The translations under genes and the position numbers were made by a program. The notes beneath the pieces are model-generated. The model was not told the DNA's origin, did not search any database, and saw nothing but the letters and a program-made list of their open reading frames with translations. From Bdellovibrionia bacterium (GTDB lineage: Bacteria > Bdellovibrionota > UBA1018), in the NCBI GenBank assembly GCA_045805065.1, contig JBJMMA010000171.1:1-48790 (forward strand): a stretch of 48,790 bases of DNA, given 5' to 3'. Position 1 is the stretch's first letter; each line of letters opens with the position of its first letter. Below are positions 35,985-46,882 of the stretch, one piece after another.

Positions 35985-36278
35985 TTACGGCCGTTTAGGT
36001 GCCAGGTCGCGGTGACGACTGGAAGTTACAAGGCTTTTGCCTTCAAGGCTCTCATCCGCACGAAGCTCCACCCGATATCCTTGAGCAGCCTCAATGAGCT
36101 GAAGTCCATCGACGTGCATCTTCTTTTTCTGAAAATCAGGCTCAAGCTTGACGCGTGCGCGAGCGTCTTCGAACGACTCCGCAGCGACCACGAAGTTCAC
36201 GTGAAATTCGTAAACACCATCGACGACTTCAGTGTCATAGAAACCGCAGTGAACCAGAAAAAGCTTCAAGCTGTTCAT
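35985..36278 (-). CDS. DUF1543-like protein
   Basis: KLFLVHCGFYD....EFH...VVAAE....A....K......HVDG...I....GY.V.L. Confidence 0.65.
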   Translation of the reverse strand: MNSLKLFLVHCGFYDTEVVDGVYEFHVNFVVAAESFEDARARVKLEPDFQKKKMHVDGLQLIEAAQGYRVELRADESLEGKSLVTSSRHRDLAPKRP

Positions 36279-36282
36279 GAGA

Positions 36283-36807
36283 TTATTTCAAAGTAGGTTG
36301 GCCGGGACGCCAATCCGCAGGACAAGCCTCACCTGTCTTCAGCGCCTCAAGCATGCGAATGACTTCCTCAACAGAACGCCCCGTTCCCAGAGCATTCACG
36401 GTCATCCACTGAAGCGTGCCTTTTGGATCAATCAGAAAAGTTCCGCGAAGCGCGACACCGCGCTCTTCCATCAAAACGCCGTAGTCGCGAGAGACATGAT
36501 GAGCCGTATCGGCAAGGACCGGAAATTTCACTTCTTTCAAATCGCGCTCAAACCACGCACGATGCGAGTACTCGCTATCGGTGCTGCAGCCCACGATCTG
36601 GCAGCCCAGGTCTTTGAACTTTTGTTCGTTCTGAGCAAAGGAGCGAATCTCGGTTGGGCAGACCATCGTAAAGTCGAGTGGGTAGAAAAACAGGCAAACC
36701 CATTTGCCTTGAAAATCCTTCAGCGCGACTTCCTTGAACTCACCGTTCACATAAGCCTTTGCTTTGAAATCCGGAGCCAGGTGTCCCACTTTCAAAGTTG
36801 CTGACAT
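36283..36807 (-). CDS. ahpC: 2-Cys peroxiredoxin (AhpC/TSA)
   Basis: FFYPLDFTMVCPTE; RGTFLIDP; GRSVEE; CPADW. Confidence 0.9.
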   Translation of the reverse strand: MSATLKVGHLAPDFKAKAYVNGEFKEVALKDFQGKWVCLFFYPLDFTMVCPTEIRSFAQNEQKFKDLGCQIVGCSTDSEYSHRAWFERDLKEVKFPVLADTAHHVSRDYGVLMEERGVALRGTFLIDPKGTLQWMTVNALGTGRSVEEVIRMLEALKTGEACPADWRPGQPTLK

Positions 36808-36825
36808 CGCGTTTTCTCCTTTGTA

Positions 36826-37614
36826 ATGATTCGAAATTTACGAGATCCTGAGCTTATCGTGGGAAATCCGAGTATTCCAGAAAGATCTTCGCTTCTGAGC
36901 CGCCTTCAGCTCCCGCCCTTCCTGTCTAAACGAGACTTGTGGTTGACGATTGTTCCCTTTCTCCTTTGGGCAGCTCTTGTCCAGGTGCGCCCTTGGATTT
37001 TGCGCACGCACTGCGGCTCCGACCTCTCGGGCTGCCCCAAAGAACAGGTTTTGCCCGTGGATCAACCTGGACTAGGTCTGGAGAATGGTCCTGCGGATGG
37101 GTACTCCTATTTCACTCAAAATTTGTCAGGTGTTCTGGCCGTTTCCGTGCCTCTAGCTTACCAGGCAGCACAGACCGCAATGGGTGTCGCAAGTCCTGCA
37201 GCTGCTTTGACTCTTGCTGGCACGGATCTCGTCCTTTTTTTTGAAAGCTGGGGAATCAACGGTGCGCTGACCGAAGGAGTTCGACTCGTTGCTCAACGTC
37301 CGCGTCCTTACGTTTATAACAACCCGCAACAAGGATTAGATCCTCACAACTATGTGTCGTTCTACTCCGGGCACACAAGCTTTACGGCGACTGCCTGCAT
37401 GAGCCTGCTTTTGATTCTGATCGGACGCACCGCTCCAAGCGCGTTGCTTCTTCTGGCCGCAGCGGTCTCACAATGCCTGGTCATCTCCACAGCGGTCTTT
37501 AGGATCCTCTCAGGTCGCCATTTTCTCTCGGATGTCCTTGCCGGCGCCGTCATGGGCGGGGCGGTTGCGCTTTTCGTTGCGCTTTTGCATCGTCCGAAAC
37601 AAAAAGCAGAATAA
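36826..37614 (+). CDS. PAP2-family membrane phosphatase
   Basis: R.RP, SFYSGH, R..SGRHF.SDV..G motifs. Confidence 0.85.
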   Translation: MIRNLRDPELIVGNPSIPERSSLLSRLQLPPFLSKRDLWLTIVPFLLWAALVQVRPWILRTHCGSDLSGCPKEQVLPVDQPGLGLENGPADGYSYFTQNLSGVLAVSVPLAYQAAQTAMGVASPAAALTLAGTDLVLFFESWGINGALTEGVRLVAQRPRPYVYNNPQQGLDPHNYVSFYSGHTSFTATACMSLLLILIGRTAPSALLLLAAAVSQCLVISTAVFRILSGRHFLSDVLAGAVMGGAVALFVALLHRPKQKAE

Positions 37615-37711
37615 TCCGCCGGAACAGGCGGCTGAATCGGGCTCAGACCTATTTAAATAAGAACTATATAAGTCTGGCAATGGCCTTCGAATTGCTTGCT
37701 TTTGGATTATT

Positions 37712-38209
37712 ATGATCAAATCCATTCTGCAAGGCCGCTTCATGAACCACCCCATGCACCCCATGCTGGTGCATCTGCCCATCGGACTTTGGATTGTCAG
37801 CTTCATTTTTGACATCTGCTTTCTGTCCACGGCAAATGGCGCCTTCGCTCAGGCGTCCTGGTACTGCATGTTGATTGGATTGATCGGAGCAGGCACCGCA
37901 GCTGTCACGGGACTTGCCGAATATGTCGACATTCCGCGCAACAGCCTCCCTCGTCGCGTAGCCACCACTCACATGGTGCTGAACCTCGTTGTCACCGCCC
38001 TCTTTCTGGTGAATCTCCTGATTCGCCATAATATGAGTGGCGCGGTCCCGACGCTGGTCACGAAAGGACAGTTCTTCTTATCCTTGTTCACCGTCTTCTT
38101 GTTCTCCATCTCGGGTTATCTCGGTGGATTGCTTGTTTATAACTACGGCATTGGATTCAAGCCGCAGCTTCGTGACAAGCCAAGAGATGATATCCGCAGA
38201 GCCGCCTAA
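37712..38209 (+). CDS. DUF2231 membrane protein
   Basis: HP.HP.LVH.PIG, A.TG..E, H...N, GYLGG.LVY.YG.G. Confidence 0.85.
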   Translation: MIKSILQGRFMNHPMHPMLVHLPIGLWIVSFIFDICFLSTANGAFAQASWYCMLIGLIGAGTAAVTGLAEYVDIPRNSLPRRVATTHMVLNLVVTALFLVNLLIRHNMSGAVPTLVTKGQFFLSLFTVFLFSISGYLGGLLVYNYGIGFKPQLRDKPRDDIRRAA

Positions 38210-38238
38210 GGCGATTGAGCGAGGTAGTTTAACTCAAG

Positions 38239-40071
38239 ATGCCTTATCTTTCGCTGAGTGATTATGGACTGATTGGAAACTCTTCAAGCTCCGCGCTCGT
38301 CAATCGGTTTGGTTCGATCGATTGGTGCTGCTATCCGGATCTTGATTCTCCCAGCCACTTTGCCTCGATCCTGGATGATATTCATGGCGGCAGATTTCAG
38401 ATCATGCCCCAGGGTGAGTTCCGATCCGAGCAACGATATCTTCAGCGGACTCAGGTGCTCGAGACGACTTTTGAAACGCCTTTTGGCCGAGCCGTGCTTC
38501 TGGACTGGATGCCCTCGGAAGCGGATGAAGCAGACAAACCCGTCATTTATCGGAAGATCGAAGTCATTCAGGGAAAAGTGAGCTGGCTGCTCATCTGCAC
38601 TCCCCGATTTCAGTACGGGCGCGATCCGGGGTTGGCGGAAACACATCGGGATGGCGTTCTTTTCCGAGGCTCTCAGCCCACTGATCTCGCGCTTTTGAGA
38701 GGAACGGAGGCGCTTGAAGTTTCTGCAAACGGTTCAAGCGCTGTGGCGCGCTTCACCATGGAAACTGGTGAAAAAGCCGTATTTTCCTGGCAATGGGGAA
38801 TCAAGGCAAACCTCACACTCGCTCCCGATGTGACTCCAACGCTTGAGAATTGGCGCAACTGGGCCCACCGTTGCGATCCAACGGGATGCAGCCTGGCGGG
38901 GCCATGGCATGACACCATCGCAAGATCCGCTCTCACGCTGAAACTTCTCACGCATCCTTCAGGCTCGATCGCCGAAGCCGTGACGACATCCATTCCTGGC
39001 GTTGCCAGTGACATCGCCCAAGGCTCTCGCACTTGGGATTATCGCTTTGCCTGGATTCGTGATGAGGCACAAGCCATCCAGGCGCTTGCAAACATGGGCT
39101 ACCGTGATGAGTGTAACCAGCTCTTTCAGTGGCTTTGCGACATCCTGAACCGCGATGGAGTCGAAGGTCTCCAACCGGTTTATCGCCTGGACGGAGGAAA
39201 ATCCCTTCCCGAAGATGAGCTCAATTATCTCTCGGGTTATCAGGGTGCGCGCCCTGTGCGCATTGGAAATCTGACATCCTCGTTTTTTCAGCTCGATATC
39301 TATGGCCATGTGATGCTTGCCGCGGCCGAGTACTACCGCATCTTCAAAACTCTTCCGCCGAATCTCTGGCACAAACTCGTTAACATTGCCGACTATGTCT
39401 GCCAGGCCTGGCGAAGGCCCGATCATGGTCCCTGGGAAATGCGCTCCAAGCCCGAACATTTCACGGCTTCAAAACTTTATTGCTGGGCCGCGATTGATCG
39501 AGCCATCTGGCTTGCTGAACAACTCGGAGAGCGAGTGCTCTCACGCTGGGTGCATGAAAGAGACGTTCTCCATCGAACCATTCTGATCCAGGGCTATGAC
39601 CCCAGCCAATCAAGTTTTGTCCGGGCTTTTGGAGACCCGGAGATCGATTCCGCATCCTTGCTGATTCCCATTCTGGGCTTTCTCCCGATTGATGATCCGC
39701 GCGTCGTGGGCACCCTGCATGCCGTTGAATCTCGCCTCGGGCAAGGCGTGCTGATCCGTCGCTATGAAGGGGCCGATGGGCTCTCAAGTCCCGATGGTTT
39801 TCATCTGGTGAGCAGCCTTCTCTTTGTGTCGTGTCTTGCCCTGGCAGGCCGGGTTGATGAAGCAGGAGACCGCCTGGCTGAACTTTGCACGTACGCTACG
39901 CCACTCGGAATGTTTGGAGAACAAGTGAATCCTTCCACCGGCGAAACCACAGGAAATTTCCCAAGCGCATCAGTCCACATTGGACTCATTAATGCCGGAC
40001 TTTATGTGGGCGCAGCTCGCGGAAAACAGATCCTGACCGGCCACCTGATGGGCTTTCCAAAGTCTGCCTAA
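38239..40071 (+). CDS. Glycoside hydrolase family 15 (trehalase/glucoamylase-like)
   Basis: DYGLIGN..S.ALV...GSIDWCC.P..DS, WDYRFAWIRD, QLDIYG, WE.R, G.FGEQ, GNFP.A..H. Confidence 0.92.
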   Translation: MPYLSLSDYGLIGNSSSSALVNRFGSIDWCCYPDLDSPSHFASILDDIHGGRFQIMPQGEFRSEQRYLQRTQVLETTFETPFGRAVLLDWMPSEADEADKPVIYRKIEVIQGKVSWLLICTPRFQYGRDPGLAETHRDGVLFRGSQPTDLALLRGTEALEVSANGSSAVARFTMETGEKAVFSWQWGIKANLTLAPDVTPTLENWRNWAHRCDPTGCSLAGPWHDTIARSALTLKLLTHPSGSIAEAVTTSIPGVASDIAQGSRTWDYRFAWIRDEAQAIQALANMGYRDECNQLFQWLCDILNRDGVEGLQPVYRLDGGKSLPEDELNYLSGYQGARPVRIGNLTSSFFQLDIYGHVMLAAAEYYRIFKTLPPNLWHKLVNIADYVCQAWRRPDHGPWEMRSKPEHFTASKLYCWAAIDRAIWLAEQLGERVLSRWVHERDVLHRTILIQGYDPSQSSFVRAFGDPEIDSASLLIPILGFLPIDDPRVVGTLHAVESRLGQGVLIRRYEGADGLSSPDGFHLVSSLLFVSCLALAGRVDEAGDRLAELCTYATPLGMFGEQVNPSTGETTGNFPSASVHIGLINAGLYVGAARGKQILTGHLMGFPKSA

Positions 40072-40091
40072 ACGGTGTATGAACTTGGGCA

Positions 40092-41273
40092 ATGGCCAAG
40101 CGATACTCTCTTCTGACGGTTTTTCTAGTCGTCTTCATTGATCTTGTCGGATTTGGAATCGTTATCCCGATTCTTCCTTATTACGCCACGCAGTTCGGAG
40201 CCTCAGCCTCAGAGCTTGGCTGGCTGATGGCAATTTATTCGTTCATGCAGTTTTTGATTTCTCCACTCTGGGGCAGACTCTCCGATCGAATCGGTCGTCG
40301 CCCGGTCCTGATGGTCAGTATCTTTGGAACCGCGCTGACGATGGCGTTCTTAGGTTTTGCGCGCTCTCTGGAATGGCTCTTTATTGGAAGATTGCTAGCC
40401 GGAGCATGTGCAGCCAACATCTCGACGGCTTACGCCTACATCGCCGACGTGACCAACGAGGAAAACCGCGCCAAGGGAATGGGCGCCGTGGGCGCTGCCT
40501 TTGGCCTGGGCTTTATCTTCGGTCCGGCCATTGGCGGGACCTTGGCTCATAACCACAATTATGCTCTCCCGATGTTCTTTGCCGCGGGCCTGTCGGCAAT
40601 CAATCTTCTCTTTGCTTTCTTTAAGCTCGAAGAGCCTCATCTGACTGCCGAAGAGCGCTCAAAAAACCGCACAAAGCGCTTCGATTTGGAAAGCATTCGT
40701 CTTGCGCTGGGAGATCAGAGAACCCGTTTGGCAATCGGAGTGTTTTTTCTGGTCACGTTCGCCGTGACTCAAATGGAATCGATCTTCGCGATCTATATGG
40801 CAGCTCTTTTTAACTTTGATGCTCGCCAGGCCGGGATGCTTCTCGCCCTCGTGGGAATCATCATGGTCATCATGCAGGGTGGACTCGTGGGTCGATTGGC
40901 AAAACGCTTTGGCGAACTCAAGCTGATCCACTTTGGATTGATTGTCTGCTGCCTGGGCCTCTTTGGCTTTGCCTTCTCACCTTCCATCGGCGCTGTCATT
41001 GTCTCGCTCAGCGTTTTAGGACTGGGGCATGGAGCCCTTCACCCATCCTTATCGAGTCTGGCATCCTTAGGAGCCTCAAAGGATCGTCGCGGCGCTACGA
41101 TGGGCGTCTTTCAATCAGCAGGAAGCCTAGCTCGAGTGCTAGGCCCCCCTTGTGCTGGATTTGCTTACGATCACCTGGCGCCGAACGCTCCGTTCCTTGT
41201 GGGATGCACGATCCTGCTCTGCGCCTTTGCAATTTCGCAAGCGCCTATGGGTAGAGCTGAAGCCCTCCATTAA
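40092..41273 (+). CDS. MFS transporter, TetA/DHA1-like
   Basis: D.VGFGIVIP.LP, GRLSDRIGRRPV, AY.AD.T, G.GFIFGPAIGG; about 12 TM. Confidence 0.92.
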   Translation: MAKRYSLLTVFLVVFIDLVGFGIVIPILPYYATQFGASASELGWLMAIYSFMQFLISPLWGRLSDRIGRRPVLMVSIFGTALTMAFLGFARSLEWLFIGRLLAGACAANISTAYAYIADVTNEENRAKGMGAVGAAFGLGFIFGPAIGGTLAHNHNYALPMFFAAGLSAINLLFAFFKLEEPHLTAEERSKNRTKRFDLESIRLALGDQRTRLAIGVFFLVTFAVTQMESIFAIYMAALFNFDARQAGMLLALVGIIMVIMQGGLVGRLAKRFGELKLIHFGLIVCCLGLFGFAFSPSIGAVIVSLSVLGLGHGALHPSLSSLASLGASKDRRGATMGVFQSAGSLARVLGPPCAGFAYDHLAPNAPFLVGCTILLCAFAISQAPMGRAEALH

Positions 41274-41280
41274 ACAAGAA

Positions 41281-41862
41281 TCAAGCAGCGCGATTTCCGG
41301 AATCAAACGGCGGACGTTCGCTGCGCCCCCGACGTTCCATTTCGTCGTGCTCCCAACGATCCTCTTGTCGATCCTCGCGGATCTCAGCGGCTTTCTCTGT
41401 GCGGGACCATTCCTCACGTTTGCGTCTTTCAGCGGCAATATCGAAATGCGTATTGACGTTGTGATGAGGAGGCTGCTGGCTTGCAAACTGGGCAGCAATG
41501 CTTTGACCACCTTGTCCATCATCCTCAGCTGGCAAAATCGTTCTGGATTCGCCTTCTTGCGGCCAAAGCGTATCTTTTAGAATTCCGACATCGCTCGGCG
41601 TGCGATTCCCTGTACGATCCTCAGCACGTTTGGACATCAGTCCAAGATTCACGACCAGCAGGCCGCCGATCAAAAGGATAGCCACGAGTGCGCCAATTGC
41701 GATCACATAAATAACGACTGCACCGGTGTAGTCAGTAAAAGGAGATCCAGCCATCATTGAATTTTTGCTGCCGCCAAAGCCGTTCGTTGCATTTCCAACC
41801 TGGGCTTGCGCGGTAACCAGCCAATTAGCGACAGTCGCTTGCATATCAAAAAGAGGATTCAT
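41281..41862 (-). CDS. Hypothetical single-TM protein
   Basis: AAGGAG RBS; one long hydrophobic segment; charged C-terminus ending RAA. Confidence 0.65.
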   Translation of the reverse strand: MNPLFDMQATVANWLVTAQAQVGNATNGFGGSKNSMMAGSPFTDYTGAVVIYVIAIGALVAILLIGGLLVVNLGLMSKRAEDRTGNRTPSDVGILKDTLWPQEGESRTILPAEDDGQGGQSIAAQFASQQPPHHNVNTHFDIAAERRKREEWSRTEKAAEIREDRQEDRWEHDEMERRGRSERPPFDSGNRAA

Positions 41863-42022
41863 GTGAGCTCCTTTACTTCCTTGTGTACAACCCTGCGGGT
41901 ACGGCTCTGGGATTCAACAACCTGAATTCAAACAGGTGCATGTTCCGATGCATGACGCGTGCTCACCAAAACAAACGTCCTCAGAATTTCTTAAGCAGCC
42001 GAACTATGCTAGGTACGAATTC

Positions 42023-42361
42023 ATGAACTCCAAAAAACTTCATATGGACGAGCTCCATCAAATCCACCAGGCAGGCTTAAAACCAGACGAACTGATCATA
42101 GATGTTCGCGAAGCCGACGATTACGCCGATGGACACGTTCCCGGCAGCCGAAGCATCCCCCACGACCAAATCCTGGCCGCACCAGAAAAATTCCGAGACG
42201 AACTCAAAGCGTATAAAACGGTCTACATCCACTGCGGAGGCGGCGGAAAAGCCGGACGAGTCACCGCAGCCCTAGAAGCCGTAGGCGCGACCAACATCGT
42301 CCACGTCTGCGACTCCGGAATGAGAAGCTGGATCGCCGCCGGCCACCCGGTACAAAAGTAG
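42023..42361 (+). CDS. Rhodanese-like domain protein
   Basis: IDVRE..DY..GHVPGS..IP, active-site loop HCGGGGKA, GM..W..AG.PV. Confidence 0.88.
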   Translation: MNSKKLHMDELHQIHQAGLKPDELIIDVREADDYADGHVPGSRSIPHDQILAAPEKFRDELKAYKTVYIHCGGGGKAGRVTAALEAVGATNIVHVCDSGMRSWIAAGHPVQK

Positions 42362-42374
42362 AAAAAAACGAAAA

Positions 42375-42523
42375 CTAGATAAACCAAGCCAAGCCACGGA
42401 ATTTCTTTGAACCACAGAACGCCTCGCTGCGACCTCCTGTCGCAGTTTCTGGACGGCATCCTGCCTGAAACGGCTCGGGTTCTGTGGTACAAATAAATTC
42501 CGTGGCTTGTTTCGCTTATCTAG
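42375..42523. mobile_element. 149-bp palindromic MITE-like element bounded by CTAG, with ~45-bp imperfect terminal inverted repeats
   Basis: Left CTAGATAAACCAAGCCAAGCCACGGAATTTCTTTGAACCACAGAAC versus reverse complement of right CTAGATAAGCGAAACAAGCCACGGAATTTATTTGTACCACAGAAC; internal hairpins. Mobility is inferred only. Confidence 0.55.
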
Positions 42524-42527
42524 AAAC

Positions 42528-42563
42528 AAAAACGCCCGACCTTCGAAAGAAAGTCGGGCGTTT
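42528..42563 (-). terminator. Rho-independent terminator of the cox operon (possibly bidirectional)
   Basis: AAAAACGCCCGAC cttcgaaagaaa GTCGGGCGTTT. Confidence 0.8.
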
Positions 42564-42589
42564 CGGATTTTGAAGATCGTTTGAATCGA

Positions 42590-43399
42590 TTATCGCTGAA
42601 CGGACTCAGCAGACATACGCTCGATCGCGAATTCCACCGGAATCGTTGGAGCTTCTTTCTCCGCCTCACCCGTCGCAGAAACGCCGACCTTAGCAAGATC
42701 AGCTGGAGATGGAGCTGCGACCTTCGTAGGTCCAAGCGAGAGAACAAAGTGAACCAGCGCCCAGCGATCATCGGCTGGCAACGTTGCAAACGATGCCATC
42801 GAAGAGCCTGGGAGACCTTCCTTCAAGGTCTTGAAGACCATCGGAACGCTGCGACCGTTCTTCCATCCAGCATCCGCCGTAAAGTTACGTGGAGGAGGAT
42901 TGAGTGCAGCAGCAGCAGGACCATTGCCCTTACCTTCAGGACCGTGGCAGCTGATACAGTTCACTTGGAAGAGTTCCTTACCGTGAGAAATGAGCTCAGG
43001 AGTCGCAAGCCAAGGATCCTTGAGCTTGGACTTTGCGCTTGCAGCGCTTGCCGTCAGATCGCCTGGCTTCACGTAGACATCGCCGCGGAAAAAGAGGTCC
43101 ACAGAGGTCAGCATGATAAAGATCGCCAGGAAGACGAAGGAAGTTCCGAAAATCACGCCGTTTTCAGCGCGATCGTACTTCAAGTTCATGAAGAACAAGG
43201 CAACCAGAAGCGCCTTAGTTGTAGCCACTGCCATCGCGACCACAAAGTTCAAGCGTCCCAGATCGATGCCAGCCACCCAAACCGTAACGACCGTCAAGAC
43301 CATCAGGCATGCGCCGATGGTTGCGATCATCTTGAACGGCAAGATGTGGTGATGCGTGGTGTGCCCTTGTTGAGAATGATTCTGTCCGTGATTTGACAT
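42590..43399 (-). CDS. Cytochrome c oxidase subunit IV fused to a C-terminal cytochrome c
   Basis: L..LT..TV, A..KA.LV.LFFM.LKYD (COX4_pro-like), then CISCHG..G.G.GP.A..L.P.PRNF and G.PGSSM. Confidence 0.85.
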   Translation of the reverse strand: MSNHGQNHSQQGHTTHHHILPFKMIATIGACLMVLTVVTVWVAGIDLGRLNFVVAMAVATTKALLVALFFMNLKYDRAENGVIFGTSFVFLAIFIMLTSVDLFFRGDVYVKPGDLTASAASAKSKLKDPWLATPELISHGKELFQVNCISCHGPEGKGNGPAAAALNPPPRNFTADAGWKNGRSVPMVFKTLKEGLPGSSMASFATLPADDRWALVHFVLSLGPTKVAAPSPADLAKVGVSATGEAEKEAPTIPVEFAIERMSAESVQR

Positions 43400-43418
43400 A
43401 TTTTAGGGGTCTTTCGAG

Positions 43419-44096
43419 TTATCCCACCAAGTACAGAAGTGGGAAAAGATAAATCCAAACCAAGTCCACAAAGTGCCAATAGAATCCGGTCAACTCTACC
43501 GGCGTGTACCAGTATGGGCTGAATTCGTTACGCAAGGTGCGGATCAGCATCCAAGTAATCAACCCCATCCCGATCAAGACGTGGATCCCGTGAAGGCCCG
43601 TCATCAGGAAGTAGAGCGAGAAGAACAAAGAAATCTTGGGCTCGTGAGCCTTCAGCTCAGCATTGGCAAAGTGTGCGCCTGGCAACAAACCATCGTGGAA
43701 CTTGTGTGAGTACTCCAAGTACTTGATGAACAAAAATCCGCAGGCACAAAGGAACGTGAAAATCAGGTTCACGATCGCAAGATCGCGACGTCCCTTTTGA
43801 GTTGCCGTCACAGCCGCGGCCATCGTCAAGCTGCTGGTAATCAGGACGATCGTGTTGATCGCGCCCAAATTGACAGCAAGTTCCTTGTGCGCCGTATGGA
43901 ACATCTCCGGGTAAAGACCACGGAAAATTCCGTACGCCACGAACAAGCCACCGAACATCAGGACTTCGGTAACCAGGAACAACCACATCCCCTGCTTTGC
44001 GGCCTCAAACTCATGGTCCGCGCTGTCAAAATGATGCGCATGGTGATGCGGTTTGAAACCGTCTGCAGTCAGAGTCGTATCTGTTGTCGTCGACAT
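43419..44096 (-). CDS. coxC: Cytochrome c oxidase subunit III
   Basis: GMWLFL.TE...FGGLF, NT.VL.TSS, MTGLHG.HV, YWHFVD.VWI.LFPLLYL. Confidence 0.92.
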   Translation of the reverse strand: MSTTTDTTLTADGFKPHHHAHHFDSADHEFEAAKQGMWLFLVTEVLMFGGLFVAYGIFRGLYPEMFHTAHKELAVNLGAINTIVLITSSLTMAAAVTATQKGRRDLAIVNLIFTFLCACGFLFIKYLEYSHKFHDGLLPGAHFANAELKAHEPKISLFFSLYFLMTGLHGIHVLIGMGLITWMLIRTLRNEFSPYWYTPVELTGFYWHFVDLVWIYLFPLLYLVG

Positions 44097-44108
44097 TTTT
44101 CGTTATCC

Positions 44109-45764
<1,656 letters not shown>

Positions 45765-45780
45765 TTGTCATCTCTCCCTA

Positions 45781-46839
45781 TTATTTCAAGCTCTTGATGT
45801 AAGCGATGATTGAGTTCATCTCGAGTGCAGTCAGCTGACCTTGATAGGTGGGCATCAAAGCCTGATAGCCTCGGACAATCTTGGCGTTAGGTTTCACAAT
45901 GGATTCGTGGAGGTAGTTCTCATCACGGATCAGCTTTGCGCCGTTCGTGAACTCAACATTTTGACCATAAATCCCAACCAGTGAAGGTCCGGTCTTTTGC
46001 TCTCCTCCATTGATGGAGTGGCAGGAAGTACAACCCTTCACTTCGAAAAGACTCTTTCCTTGATCAGCCATCGTCAACTGAGTTGCAGCTGGAGCGGCTT
46101 GAGAACCAGAGACAGCGTCTGCTGCGGCAACATCAGCCGTTTTGCGATCAGCCGAGGCTGTATCGTTATCAGCAAGTTCGCGAGCATCTGGGATCGGAGG
46201 CAATTTTTTGCCGGAGTTCCAGGCCTTCCACTGAGCATCATCGAGAACGATGACTTGAGCCAACATTCCGGAGTGCGAAGTACCGCAATACTCAGCGCAG
46301 AAAACCTGGTGGCGACCAGGGATCTTCGCTTCGAACCAGATGCTGGTGTACATGCCAGGAACGACGTCCTGCTTGATACGGAAGTTTGGAACGAAGAACG
46401 AGTGAAGCACGTCTTGCGAAGTCATAATGAGCTTCACTGGACGGTTCAGAGGAACATAAAGTTCTGCGGTCGTCGTGCGTCCGTTGTCATATTGGAATTG
46501 CCAAAGCCATTGCTTGCCGATCACGCGGATTTCGTAAGCATCGGTCGGAGCTGCCGTCATTTGATGGTAAACGGAGTAACCCCAGCCGAAGATCATCAGA
46601 AGGAGCAAGGTTGGGCCAACGACGAACGCGGCTTCAAGCAGATGATTTCCGGTAATGTATTTAGGTTTCAGGCCGGAGCGGTGAGAATACTTCCAAACGA
46701 AGTAAACCATTGCGCCAATGACGGCGACAAAGAAGATAACGCTAATCCACACCAGAAAGAGATAGAGAGTATCCCAGCGGGCGGCAACTTCCGTTCCGGC
46801 TAGCGGAAGGGATCCTGCATAGGCTTCGGTGAAAAACAT
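45781..46839 (-). CDS. coxB: Cytochrome c oxidase subunit II with C-terminal cytochrome c (caa3 type)
   Basis: QWLWQF.Y, DVLHSF, CuA CAEYCGTSHSGM, heme c CTSCH. Confidence 0.95.
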   Translation of the reverse strand: MFFTEAYAGSLPLAGTEVAARWDTLYLFLVWISVIFFVAVIGAMVYFVWKYSHRSGLKPKYITGNHLLEAAFVVGPTLLLLMIFGWGYSVYHQMTAAPTDAYEIRVIGKQWLWQFQYDNGRTTTAELYVPLNRPVKLIMTSQDVLHSFFVPNFRIKQDVVPGMYTSIWFEAKIPGRHQVFCAEYCGTSHSGMLAQVIVLDDAQWKAWNSGKKLPPIPDARELADNDTASADRKTADVAAADAVSGSQAAPAATQLTMADQGKSLFEVKGCTSCHSINGGEQKTGPSLVGIYGQNVEFTNGAKLIRDENYLHESIVKPNAKIVRGYQALMPTYQGQLTALEMNSIIAYIKSLK

Positions 46840-46882
46840 GTAGGTCTCGGTCCTTTCTTTATCGATCGGTCTCTAATGGGTC

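Noticed and set aside
40092..41273. Tetracycline resistance gene
   Set aside because: TetA-like family motifs only; substrate cannot be inferred and there is no linked tetR or mobile context.
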